64,000 bases of DNA from Octopus vulgaris (lineage: Eukaryota), in assembly GCA_951406725.2 (NCBI GenBank), contig OX597827.1, positions 46,934,001-46,998,000 on the forward strand. The letters run 5' to 3'. Below the pieces are notes generated by a model. That model was not told where the DNA came from and did no database searches. It worked only from the letters and a program-made list of their open reading frames with translations. Made by a program: the position numbers and the translations under genes. This document shows, in pieces, positions 29,746 to 42,650 of the stretch (position 1 is its first letter; the number at the start of each line of letters is the position of its first letter).

Positions 29746-30073
29746 ACATTGTATAAAAGGGCTTAGTAAAATAAATTACTTTGCCACATACTGAACTCAT
29801 TAGAAATAGCAGCCAAAAAAAAGATTTTTTAGCCATTTCTAATACTTAAAGAAAATTTCTCTCAGATAGTGTTTACTCAAAATAATCTTTGCACTTGTGA
29901 TTTTTTAATGTTTTTACCCCCATACCTTCGTGGGTTATTTTGAGTAAACACTATCTGAAAGAAATTTTCTTTAAGTATTAGAAATGGCTAAAAAATCTTT
30001 TTTTGGCTGCTATTTCTAATGAGTTCAGTATGTGGCAAAGTAATTTATTTTACTAAGCCCTTTTATACAATGT
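29746..30073. repeat. Near-perfect inverted repeat, ~141-bp arms, ~45-bp spacer
   Basis: Arms 29746-29887 and 29933-30073; (TA)n tracts on both sides of the element. Confidence 0.95.
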
Positions 30074-30617
30074 AATATTTTGAATTCGCCTTAAATGGTC
30101 CCTTTACATACTGAATACTTGGTGAAATTGATTAATAACTAATTAATTTTACCCTCAATTGTTGAAATTATATATATATATATATATATACATGTATATA
30201 TATATATATTTATATAATATAAACAAAGAGAGAAGGTATAAGATGAATGTATTTAATACACCAGTTGACAGCCATACAACGTCGATCGTTTCGCGGTCTT
30301 CATCATATAAAAACAATTTATTTTAGCGCATAATGAATTGGATTTATCGGATTTCAACTGCAGCGGTCTATACGTTACAACTCTTTGTTTTGTTTTGGTT
30401 TACTGTGTGGTTTGTAGCTTGATCCATTGAAGGAGCTTTTTTTATGAATATCATCGGATTAATGAAATCCATATATCGTGCATTAAATTTACGTATATCG
30501 TGCATTAAATTTACGTATATATCCGTTTATGAATTTGTGTTGCAAGATTCCTGATGTGAACCGTTGCGTTGAAAAAAATATTGAAAAAAAACAAAACAAG
30601 ATGACCATCCCAAAATC

Positions 30618-30679
<62 letters not shown>

Positions 30680-31893
30680 ATTATATCAGGGATGTGCCGC
30701 CTACGTAGGCACGATAGGCAGTGCCTATCTTGCATGAAATTGATAGATAGCAACATTTTCTTTTTATGGCAAAAATATGCATCTCATTCAGTAAAATTAT
30801 GAAAGTTACTCTGATTACTATGCATAAACTGCGAAATATATTACTTTTTTTGTAGATTAGGTAGGCATAATTCATCCCTACCTTTCAATCTCAATATTTT
30901 AGTTATGCGTAGTACTGCTGCAGTACACGTGCTGCGTACATTCCTACAACACCGTTTTCTTTACTTGCTATAAATGCAGAAATAGATCTTGCATCATCTC
31001 ACTCTCGCGTCTGTTTCGCCTCTTTTTTGCGTTTTACTACATAAATGTGATCAACTTCCTATCCTGGGTGATTAATGACGGCACGTGCCGGATACACACA
31101 CACACACACACACACATATATGTGTGTGTGTGTGTGTGTGTGTGCGTGTGTGTGTGTGTGAGTGTGTATCTGTGTGGATATTCGTGTGTGCGCCTTTGTG
31201 TTTGTCCCACTCCTTGGCGCTGGTTTGTTTCTATCTTTGTTATCTAGCTGTTCAGCAAAAGAGATCGATAGAACCAGCACCACACCAACAAGTAAGTACT
31301 GGGTCGATTTTTTCGACTAAGTCATCCTAGGCGGTGCCCTAGCATGGCCGCAGTCCAATGGCAGTCCAACGACTAAAACAAATGAAAGATAAATGACAAA
31401 CGATAAATGATTAATTAATCTACAGTAACAAACACCGTGTCATTATCGTTCATATTATTCTGTTTTGAAGCTGTTATCCAGACGTGTTGCGGAAGATGAG
31501 AATGAATTGAACAAAAAAATGCAAATTAAAAACAAAAGACAAACCAAACAAAAAAAAGCGAAGATATCTCAGACCTACAACCGTGCGCTAAAAGATATCG
31601 GTTGCATCAAGGCATTAAATGAAATATTTAATAGTCGTTCGTAATGTCGTTAATATTGCTTGTTTAGCAGCGGCTCGGCTCAGATTGAGCAAGCCATGTA
31701 TGTGATTTACGCTTTGCAGCAGTACTAATAGCTATCACGTTACTCGGATGTTTAGGACTACGTGGTAAAATGCATTCGATTCATTTTTTAAGACTGCAAC
31801 TCATATTTCGACATAAATCCATTGATGCTTCTAGTACATAGAGCAGCTACAAAGAGCTCTTTTCATTGTCACTCGTAACATGCCATTTAGGAG

Positions 31894-31954
<61 letters not shown>

Positions 31955-32035
31955 CCTCGTTCTTTCCACTTCTCTTTCCTTCACAAATTACTGCATGTAT
32001 ATATTTATATATCTACATATATTTCAATAATAATA

Positions 32036-32513
32036 AAAAAGGTAAAATTAATTAAGTAATCAATCAATTAATTAATATTTAATAATTTTACCAAGTAGTC
32101 CGGTACGTTAAAATAACCTTTTTTAGGTAAAATTATACAAATATTCTATAATTATAAACATAATTATAATCAGGGGGCAGCTAATTGCTTCGTCACGCGC
32201 CGAATTTAAAAGTAGGAGTTAAATTCCTTTTCTACTACCATAAAGATCTCCCAGACTGTTACACTTTTTTATGTAGGCAAAAAGAAAAAATAACGAATCC
32301 ACACGACGTGTTTCGAGATTAAAGTAAAGTTATATTTACTTATTTCTCATCTTCAGTACAACATTTTGAAATATAAATTTGAGAGTGTTAGTATTAAATA
32401 TTTGTATAATTTTACCTGAAAAGCTTATTTTAACATACCGAACTACTTGGTAAAATTATTAATTATTAATTAATTGATTGATTAATTAATTAATTAATTA
32501 ATTTTACCCTTTT
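32036..32513. mobile_element. Inverted-repeat element (~110-bp arms) with internal degenerate hammerhead
   Basis: Arms 32036-32145 and 32397-32513; minus strand CTGAAGA...GAAA CACG TC at 32301-32360; core homologous to 20610-20890. Confidence 0.75.
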
Positions 32514-33839
32514 ATTATTATTAAAATTATAATTTACTCCCTGATCGAAAATTGCAGTTTCTGCGGGATTACTCGTCACACACACGTGGGTATTGAAGAT
32601 AAATATGTGTTCACATTCGGCTATATATTTTTGGAAGTGTGGTTGAATATCGGTTATGCGATGGCGCTTGATCGCGTACATATTTAATCCAGCACATACT
32701 CATTCTCAGCGTAGATTGGAACTGCGTGAAATGGAAGTCAAGGAATTGAACCTGCGACAATATGATCGTAGGCCGAGCACTAATCACCACCCCATATTCA
32801 TACACACGTAAACACACACCACACACAGAGTATCATACTATGAGCAAAATGATGAGAATTTTTTTTGCGACAGAAGATAGCTATGTAAAAGAAATTACTT
32901 TATTTTTGTTTGTTTCCTCTACAGACTCAGATCTATTTTCGCCAAAATCGCCTGCAGCTAATTATATTGCTGAAAAATAACAAACATAGAAATGCTAGAC
33001 TACTATTGAAGAATTTATGCTTTTACTCGAATAGGTAATAGAGATACCATTACGATTAAAAAACGAAACGTCTGTTTTCTATATCACTGCTAATGCTTTG
33101 TTTTTGTTCGTCTGGTAGATTCATTTTAACGCTTCATTTTGTGTCTTAAAACGTCGTAAGAACGAAGAAAGAAATCACAAATAAATTTTATAAATAAATT
33201 TTGCTCTGTATTTTATAATATCTATATATTTTCAAATTCTTTTGGGGAGTGTAGATTTGTACTTTTAAGTTGAGAATGTATATAGCCTTATAACCACGTA
33301 AAACGCCTCTCTCTCTCTCTCTCTCTCATTTTTTTCTCACTAGTAATATTTTTTGTTATTTCGGAAGAAATATTCTATATAAAATATATTAAGTCTAGAC
33401 TCCTAAACTTTATTTTTCTTTATGCACGATAAAATCACCGAAGATATTAATCGTATATTGAAAAAGGTACAACAAAAATGTCATTGAGATATCGTTTATT
33501 TCTGCTTCTATGAAGAGTGACAAAACAAAAAGAAATGACAAATTTCGCTGAATCTACTCTATAATATCTGAAGCAGACATCATGTCAACATCACCGATAG
33601 GAAAACAGCCGAACAAATTAAGACAGGAGACGTCGTTGTGACAAATCTATTGTCAACCGATGATAAAAGAACGTTCGATATTAATCATATATTTACCAAC
33701 AACAGATGTCAGCGAACTGAAAGGCAAATGAATTTATAATAGATTTCGTTTGGGAGACATATTAACTACCTTGAAAAGTATACATGTACCTTTACTCCTC
33801 ACTGGATTGGTGACAACTACCCTTTACGCTTTTTTTGCT

Positions 33840-34180
33840 GTTTTTCTTGTTTCAGTCATTTGGGTGCTGCCATTCTGGAGCACTATCTTGAAGTGCTTAC
33901 TCCAGCAAATCGACCTCAAAGGTTATTTCCCATTTAAATCTGGTACTTATTCAAATCGATTCTTTTGCTGAACTGCTTAAATATAGGGACGTAAACTAGT
34001 CAACACCGGTTGCCAAGCGGTCTGAGGACAAACACAAAGGCACGCGCACACATACCACATACTTATAAATGACAGAATTTTATATAATTTCCGTCTACCC
34101 GATTCACTCACGAGGCATAAGTCAGCTCGAGACATTTTCTCCAAGTGACTGCGTGATCGGACAGAACTCAAAACCAAACT
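33840..34180 (-). mobile_element. SINE family B, diverged
   Basis: TTGTTTCAGTCATTT tail and TTTCCGTCTACC body. Confidence 0.65.
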
Positions 34181-34521
34181 ACGAGAAATCTCTAAAATTT
34201 TATTCCGAGCATTGAAGAACTGACGAATGTCTTAAAGTCAAAGATATAACCCACACATTCTCTCGAATGCGTTGCTTACCGGTTCGAAAGAGAGTCTGCT
34301 TGCATGAAAGTTTAGCAGAATATGTGAAACAAAACGTTATTCATAATAGTCAGTCAACCTTTATAGCGAGAGATTTGTCTGTCCGACTTGTATAACGTCT
34401 GGTTGACGTTATACAAGCAGACGATTAGTTCTAAATCAAATAGAACATAATTTTATCGAAGAGTAACTCTACTGGAAGTTTCAAAATGACAAAAAGCGAA
34501 AACAATATTTGTTAAATTATG

Positions 34522-34737
34522 AGGCAGCAAGCTGGTTGAATCGTTAGCACGCCGGAAAAAATGCTTAGCAGCATTTAGTCCGTTTTCACGTTCTGAGTTC
34601 AAATTCTGCCAATGTCGACTTTGCTTTTCATCTATTCGGGGGGTCTATAAAATAAGAACCAGTTGAACACTGAGATCGATGTAATTGACTTACCTCTCCC
34701 CAGAAACCACAAGTTTTGTGCCAAAATTTGAAATCAA
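34522..34737 (+). mobile_element. SINE family A, full length
   Basis: Head, GAGTTCAAATTC B box, central domain and TGTGCCAAAATTTGAAA tail. Confidence 0.8.
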
Positions 34738-35977
34738 TAGCACGGAGAACAATGGAAAAAAGAAGAAAAAGAAAAATGACGTACATATTCAGTCTAACGT
34801 GTTCCAGCAAGCGTGACACCCTGGGAAAGTGTCTTCTGCTATAGTCTCGGGCCGACAAATGTCTTGTGAATGGATCTGGTAGACGGAAACTGAAAGAAGC
34901 TCGTCGTATGTATATATGTATGCATGCATGCATGCATGTATGTATATATATTCACACGCACATGCAGGGTGCGATGAGTAAATTGTCGCCATTTTATATT
35001 TTAAATTTCGCGCATACATGCGCATTGCCTTTTTATGATTTTGTCGACTACACAGTATAGTAGGGTCAGTTGAGTACCGTGCTGTTTCTATATGGTTGAA
35101 TCGCTACAGTCCAATCTATAAACAATAAATTAATAAATATAAACAAGAACAGACGTTCTTGTCTATAGAACTCATCAAACAAATTAAATGCCGATGCGTG
35201 TTGATATGAAGCACACCGATGATAAATTATACTTGTTTAATAGAGCTAATAACACGTTAGGCTATTGTGTGTTTAATTATCGTATTCAGCGGGGGCACCG
35301 GAATTACTGGCGCCAGACATATGTATATTCGTCACAAGTCTCTGCCATATGTGCAGAGCAGGTCATGTGGAATAATGGCAAGCTGTCAAAAGTACATGAG
35401 CGCCTGAGGATTGTGAATGAGACTCGCAAGTGACTGGCAATCCGGAAAAAGCGAAAAACATTACAGTAAATCTATAGATCTTAGACTTTTAACCTTACTG
35501 TGCCATGAGATTACCGCGCGATGTATACGGCGTAATAATCTCTTTGAAAGTTTGTTCAAAAGCTGTGGACTTCAAAGAGTTCATACATACATACATACAT
35601 ACATACATACATACATACATACATACATACATACATACATACATACATACATACATACATGCATACATACATACACGCACATCTACATATATGTACAAAT
35701 ACATACGCAGAAATACATATACATTATATACACAAATATATGTATACGTTTATATATGTGTATACACATATGTACACGTACATATGTATCTATGTATGTA
35801 CGTACGTACGTATGTATACACACACATATACCTATAGATATATGAATGTATATATACATATTTCTATGCACATATTCTTCATATGTCTATATAAGTGACT
35901 GTATGTTGTATGGCCGTCTTCATGGATGTATTTATATACATGCATACGTACACATACATAGATACATACATACATAC

Positions 35978-36058
<81 letters not shown>

Positions 36059-37366
36059 AACATACATACACACACATATATAAACGTAGACACATGCGCC
36101 GCACACACATACACGCTACACACTCATGCACACATATATATATGTATTCCAGTTTCGCTTTGTCAGACTGTAATTGCTTTATGCAGTGAAGTTTATTGAA
36201 TTTGTAAGTTTTTAACGCTTCGCCTTTCCTCCGATTCTGGCAAAGCTTCATCCCCACCTCTTCCTTCACCTCATCGACTTTTTTCTTTACTGTGAACTTT
36301 TCTCTCCCTCTCTCACACACACATCAAAAGACTATTTTCGGCGCTCTCCAAATCAATTGAATACATCGTTGTTGATTAACGCCATATTGGCTCTGATAAA
36401 ACAAACGAACTCTCGGGTCAAAGACATTCTAACCATGACCATCAAGTGTATTTCTTTTTTTTTTTCAAACGTTCTGCACTAATAGCTACATTGAACAATG
36501 AAACCGATCATTGCACGAGTTAGTATTTTGAAAGACTTTCAAGTGTTATGTGACGGAGATTTTCCGCAGATGTTTTAGCAATTTGTAATCAAAAAAGAAA
36601 AAACATTCCAACCGTAACCAACTTGTGAGTTTTCTTTCTTAAAATATATTACATCTGAAACTACTATGGAATTAGTGCTATTTTAAAAGAGTTACTATCG
36701 AGTTAGTTAAGTGTTATTTGACGGACATTTTCGTAAATATTTTAGTAGCTAGCAAAAATTTATAGAAGCTTTTTAAATAGTACAACCAAGTTTATTTTTT
36801 CTTCTGCTGAGAAGAAAATGGAGGAGTTTTATGTGGAAAGTTAGAAATTGCATTTCTCTACTGCATGCAAACTTAATCAAATTTGTGAAGCTTGTCAACA
36901 CATTTTTATCAAGCCAAAGAAGCAATAGGCTTTTGGACAGTGTCTTCTTTTGTTCATTTACATTGGAATAATCCATTTCTAGTGCTGTATCACACTATAT
37001 ATAAGAAATATGCACTGAAGAATTTCTAAGTTCAGTAAAGTATAAAAATATAAATCTATACCATTACTAATAATTTTTATTTTGTATATTGTGTTTTGTG
37101 AAGAAAAGTAGGTTTTCGTGTTTTCGTGTTTCAAATGAACAGAACCAGATTCTTTAATTGTATTCACAAACTGCATATTTAGATTTTCTGCCCATATATA
37201 GCGACGATGTATACTGATACATACATACATACATACGTACATACATATATAAATACATGCATACATACATACATACATACATATATATACATAGATACAT
37301 GCAAGCATGCATCCATCCATAAGTGCATGCATTCATGTATACATCCATACATTCACGTATACTTAA

Positions 37367-37446
<80 letters not shown>

Positions 37447-37449
37447 TTA

Positions 37450-37481
<32 letters not shown>

Positions 37482-37568
37482 AATTAGTAATGCTATACAT
37501 TAGCGTCGTATTATTACGTTCGCTATTTCCAGTAAATATCGGTACTTCGTTGTGCCATTTATTTACTT

Positions 37569-37631
<63 letters not shown>

Positions 37632-38026
37632 TCTTTTACTTGTTTCAGTCATTTGACTGTGGCCATGTTGGGGCACCACCTTTAATCGAGCAACTCCACC
37701 CCGGGACTTATTCTTTTGTAAGCCCAGTACTTATTCTATCGGTATCTTTTACCGAACCGCTAAGTAACGGGGACATAAACACACCAGCATCGGTTGTCAA
37801 GCAATGGTAGGGGGACAAACACAGACACACAAACACACACATGCATATCTATATATATATACATATATACGACAGGCTTCTTTTCAGTTTCCGTCTACCA
37901 AATCCACTCACAAGGCTTTGGTCGGCCCGAGGCTATAGCAGAAGACACTTGCCCAAGGTCCCATGCAGTGGGACTGAACCTGGAACCATGTGGTTGGTAA
38001 ACAAGCTACTTACCACACAGCCACTC

Positions 38027-38028
<2 letters not shown>
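37632..38028 (-). mobile_element. SINE family B, full length, within (TA)n
   Basis: Complete head-body-tail between two (TA)n tracts. Confidence 0.9.
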
Positions 38029-38076
<48 letters not shown>

Positions 38077-38389
38077 CTTTATGTGTACTGAATTTTTATT
38101 TATTTGTATTGCTTTTACGTCCTGTTCTTGTCACTTTTTTTTACCCCCCTGCAAAAGAATTTTATTTAAATTCATTTTGCAGGAAGGACTGTTTCGGCCG
38201 GATCGTGTTCTGCCCTTATCTTAGAAACACGCATTGAGTCGAACTAGGGGCAGCTGATGAAGGGGAATATTCCTTGTATTGTTTGTCTTGTACTCTGTTT
38301 TTTCATTGTTAAATAAAGTCCGTTTCCTTGTTTGTTTTATGTTTTCGTTTCTCGTTGTGTTCTAGGTTTATTTGTGGTGTCCTGTACTC

Positions 38390-38421
<32 letters not shown>

Positions 38422-38608
38422 CTATATATGCATGTATATATACATATAAATGTAGGCATGTACATATATGTATGTATGCATATGTTTTATTTGTTAAATT
38501 GTTAGTGTATATATATATATATATGCACAACACGAATTAATATTTTTGTAGAAACAAAAAGGTTTATAGGACTGCAAAAAGAAGTACTCAAATAAAAATG
38601 AGACGGAA

Positions 38609-39044
38609 ATAAAGAAGCATTAGTTATAGAACAAACATATTTGGGTCAAAGACCTTATATACAACACCACAATTCAAACATTTAATCATATATAAAAATC
38701 ACCATGGTTTACAAACACATAAAAAATAATACATATACATAAAATCACAGAAGTTAAAACTGTATAATCGAATAAAATATCAAATAGAATGGCCTATCAA
38801 AAATGTTAAATATAAACGGCTAAAAATTAAAAAACCTACCAAAAAATCTAATAGACAACTATGAAATAAAGATAAAAATAAAATAAAATAAATATCCACC
38901 GACTAATAATGTTTTCTCAAACGATTAAAATATCAAAAAAAATCTTTTTATTTAATTTTTTTTTATTAAATGTCTGAGGGGTGGTTTTGTATGTAAAGTC
39001 GTTGACCCAAACTTAATGTTTGATCTATAACCAATGCTTCTTTA

Positions 39045-39045
<1 letters not shown>
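38609..39045. repeat. Diverged inverted repeat (~62-bp arms)
   Basis: ATAAAGAAGCATT.GTTATAGA.CAAACAT...TTTGGGTCAA.GAC.TTA.ATACAA.ACCAC at 38609-38670 and inverted at 38981-39045. Confidence 0.8.
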
Positions 39046-39096
<51 letters not shown>

Positions 39097-39232
39097 GAGG
39101 GCATTATACATACATGCCAGAAGGCATTATACATACATGCCAAACGCTAAGAGGGACAATTAGTCATTTCTACCAAAAATATTACTAATCCCACCGAATG
39201 CAATTTTTCAAAGTAAGACATTTAAAAAATAT

Positions 39233-39280
39233 AGACCTGTATCACAGTGATTTCATACTTACGTACTCATCAGCAGGCCT
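39233..39280 (-). ncRNA. Type I hammerhead ribozyme, unit 1
   Basis: AGGCCTG CTGATGA GTAC GTAA GTAT GAAA TCAC T GTGA TA CAGGTCT. Confidence 0.85.
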
Positions 39281-39735
39281 GAATGCATTATAAATAAACA
39301 ACGACCCTGCCACGCTTAAGTCGATCAGCTAACTGTTCAACATCAACGAAGCACATGGGTGAGTTTACATATATTACATCCGGTCAAATGGCAAACTTTT
39401 ACGAATTGCATTTCGGGAGAGGAAAAGTTTTTTCGGAATAAAAATTTAGCAATTAAGGACAACTACTTAATAAGGAAAACTTAACAAGAAATTGTCAGGT
39501 AGATAGCGTAAAAACCTCATAAGAGAAAAAATTTCGAAAATAATTATTTCTTATTGAACATATTAATTTATATATAGAGGGCATTATACATACATGCCAG
39601 AAGGCATTATACATACATGCCAGAAGGCATTATACATACATGCCAAACGCTAAGAGGGACAATTAGTCATTTCTACCAAAAATATTACTAATCCCACCGA
39701 ATGCAATTTTTCAAAGTAAGACATTTAAAAAATAT

Positions 39736-39783
39736 AGACCTGTATCACAGTGATTTCATACTTACATACTCATCAGCAGGCCT
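39736..39783 (-). ncRNA. Type I hammerhead ribozyme, unit 2
   Basis: As unit 1 but stem II is GTAT/GTAT (C-G changed to U-G). Confidence 0.8.
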
Positions 39784-40215
39784 GAATGCATTATAAATAA
39801 ACAACGACCCTGCCCCGCTTAAGTCGATCAGCTAACTGTTCAACATCAACGAAGCACATGGGTGAGTTTACATATATTACATCCGGTCAAATGGCAAACT
39901 TTTACGAATTGCATTTCGGGAGAGGAAAAGTTTTTTCGGAATAAAAATTTAGCAATTAAGGACAACTACTTAATAAGGAAAACTTAACAAGAAATTGTCA
40001 GGTAGATAGCGTAAAAACCTCATAGGAGAAAAAATTTCGAAAATAATTATTTCTTATTGAACATATTAATTTATATATAGAGGGCATTATACATACATGC
40101 CAGAAGGCATTATACATACATGCCAAACGCTAAGAGGGACAATTAGTCATTTCTACCAAAAATATTACTAATCCCACCGAATGCAATTTTTCAAAGTAAG
40201 ACATTTAAAAAATAT

Positions 40216-40263
40216 AGACCTGTATCACAGTGATTTCATACTTACGTACTCATCAGCAGGCCT
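40216..40263 (-). ncRNA. Type I hammerhead ribozyme, unit 3
   Basis: Identical to the unit 1 motif. Confidence 0.85.
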
Positions 40264-40695
40264 GAATGCATTATAAATAAACAACGACCCTGCCCCGCTT
40301 AAGTCGATCAGCTAACTGTTCAACATCAACGAAGCACATGGGTGAGTTTACATATATTACATCCGGTCAAATGGCAAACTTTTACGAATTGCATTTCGGG
40401 AGAGGAAAAGTTTTTTCGGAATAAAAATTTAGCAATTAAGGACAACTACTTAATAAGGAAAACTTAACAAGAAATTGTCAGGTAGATAGCGTAAAAACCT
40501 CATAAGAGAAAAAATTTCGAAAATAATTATTTCTTATTGAACATATTAATTTATATATAGAGGGCATTATACATACATGCCAGAAGGCATTATACATACA
40601 TGCCAAACGCTAAGAGGGACAATTAGTCATTTCTACCAAAAATATTACTAATCCCACCGAATGCAATTTTTCAAAGTAAGACATTTAAAAAATAT

Positions 40696-40756
40696 AGACC
40701 TGTATCACAGTGATTTCATACTTACACAGTGTACTAACGTACTCATCAGCAGGCCT
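40696..40756 (-). ncRNA. Type I hammerhead ribozyme, unit 4 (13-nt insertion in loop 2)
   Basis: CTGATGA GTAC GTTAGTACACTGTGTAA GTAT GAAA; core and stems intact. Confidence 0.8.
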
Positions 40757-41187
40757 GAATGCATTATAAATAAACAACGACCCTGCCCCGCTTAAGTCGA
40801 TCAGCTAACTGTTCAACATCAACGAAGCACATGGGTGAGTTTACATATATTACATCCGGTCAAATGGCAAACTTTTACGAATTGCATTTCGGGAGAGGAA
40901 AAGTTTTTTCGGAATAAAAATTTAGCAATTAAGGACAACTACTTAATAAGGAAAACTTAACAAGAAATTGTCAGGTAGATAGCGTAAAACCTCATAAGAG
41001 AAAAAATTTCGAAAATAATTATTTCTTATTGAACATATTAATTTATATATAGAGGGCATTATACATACATGCCAGAAGGCATTATACATACATGCCAAAC
41101 GCTAAGAGGGACAATTAGTCATTTCTACCAAAAATATTACTAATCCCACCGAATGCAATTTTTCAAAGTAAGACATTTAAAAAATAT

Positions 41188-41235
41188 AGACCTGTATCAC
41201 AGTGATTTCATACTTACGTACTCATCAGCAGGCCT
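41188..41235 (-). ncRNA. Type I hammerhead ribozyme, unit 5
   Basis: Identical to the unit 1 motif. Confidence 0.85.
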
Positions 41236-41460
41236 GAATGCATTATAAATAAACAACGACCCTGCCCCGCTTAAGTCGATCAGCGTTTGGCATGTATGTA
41301 TAATGCCTTCTGGCATGTATGTATAATGCCCTCTATATATAAATTAATATGTTCAATAAGAAATAATTATTTTCGAAATTTTTTCTCTTATGAGGTTTTT
41401 ACGCTATCTACCTGACAATTTCTTGTTAAGTTTTCCTTATTAAGTAGTTGTCCTTAATTG

Positions 41461-41526
<66 letters not shown>

Positions 41527-41616
41527 TTATAAATATATATATATGTATATATATAAATATATATATATATATGCACACATATGTATATATGTTTATATAT
41601 ATATACATATATATAG

Positions 41617-41656
<40 letters not shown>

Positions 41657-41689
41657 GTACGTACGATGTATGGGTGTATGTATGATCGA

Positions 41690-41860
41690 CCGATAGCCAC
41701 TAAAGATTTTTTTTTATTCTCTCTCTGTTTATTTTCTCGTGTTCCTTTCTGTTGAAGAGCGTAGGCTCGAAGCATAAAAGACTTTCTTACCTTCCCAAGC
41801 GTTAAACTAATACATCTGTTTCTTGCTTACACACCTGTCTTTGTCTGTTGTTTTTTTTTG
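41690..41860 (+). mobile_element. Dispersed repeat family C
   Basis: CTTT CTGTTGAA GAGC GTAG GCTC GAAG CA TA AAAG at 41745-41780. Confidence 0.6.
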
Positions 41861-42029
41861 TACAGTCCAAGTATATATTTGGAATATGTATGGATGGAAT
41901 ATATTTGGAGGCGTCGTTGACTCGAATTTGATGTTTCTTCTGTAATCAATGCTTATTTTTATCTCTGTTTCAATTTCAGCATTTAGATCGTTGACTCTTA
42001 TGATTACATATGTATATAAATATATACAT

Positions 42030-42084
<55 letters not shown>

Positions 42085-42237
42085 TATATACGACAAGAGA
42101 TAATTTTTGCCTCTTTTTATGGAGACAAAATGGTTTTTAAGACTTCAAATATGAAGCGGTCAAATGTAATTGAGACAGATATAAAAAAACATTGATCAGA
42201 GAAGAAACATCAAATTGAGTCAACGACCCTTCCAAAG

Positions 42238-42292
<55 letters not shown>

Positions 42293-42367
42293 TATACACA
42301 TATACACATACATACATTCATACATACATACATGCATACTTACATACATGCATACATACCTACATAC

Positions 42368-42430
<63 letters not shown>

Positions 42431-42560
42431 TTCAAAAAAAATTTAGATTCAGATGAATATGGTACTTATGTTGAGGCACTAGAATTTAGTACGGTATTAT
42501 CCATAAATTTCAAAATAAGGTGATTAGAACCAAAATAAGCAACAAGGATTTCTAGAGGTA

Positions 42561-42650
42561 ATGTTGTACGATCGTTTCACGCATTTCCATTTAACTGAAC
42601 AATGCAACCATTACTTCAATTTAAATGCAGAGCAATCTTCAGTTATACAT
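42561..42650 (-). ncRNA. Hammerhead-like motif, stem I degenerate
   Basis: CTGAAGA [long hairpin CATTTAAATTGAA/TTCAGTTAAATG] GAAA CGATCG TA; palindromic stem III; stem I pairs poorly. Confidence 0.55.

Larger units (their letters stand above)
39091..41463 (-). mobile_element. Retrozyme-like tandem array: 4.5 x ~480-bp units plus inverted terminal segment
   Basis: Unit starts 39091, 39571, 40074, 40554, 41046; near-identical units; one hammerhead per unit; 41282-41463 is an inverted copy of the unit junction; (TA)n on both flanks. Confidence 0.85.

Noticed and set aside
30275-30460. Minus-strand GAAACGATCG resembling the 42561 motif
   Set aside because: No NUH triplet and no CTGANGA at a workable distance
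34966-35090. Possible Tc1/mariner left end CAGGGTGCG (and a hAT-like start at 30689)
   Set aside because: No matching right end or transposase found
38185-38280. CTGATGAAGG on plus and GAAACAGTC on minus
   Set aside because: The halves lie on opposite strands; no hammerhead topology can be closed
39091-41284. CRISPR-like or ordinary satellite interpretation of the array
   Set aside because: No unique spacers or cas genes; whole units are repeated; ribozymes and the terminal inversion argue against a simple satellite
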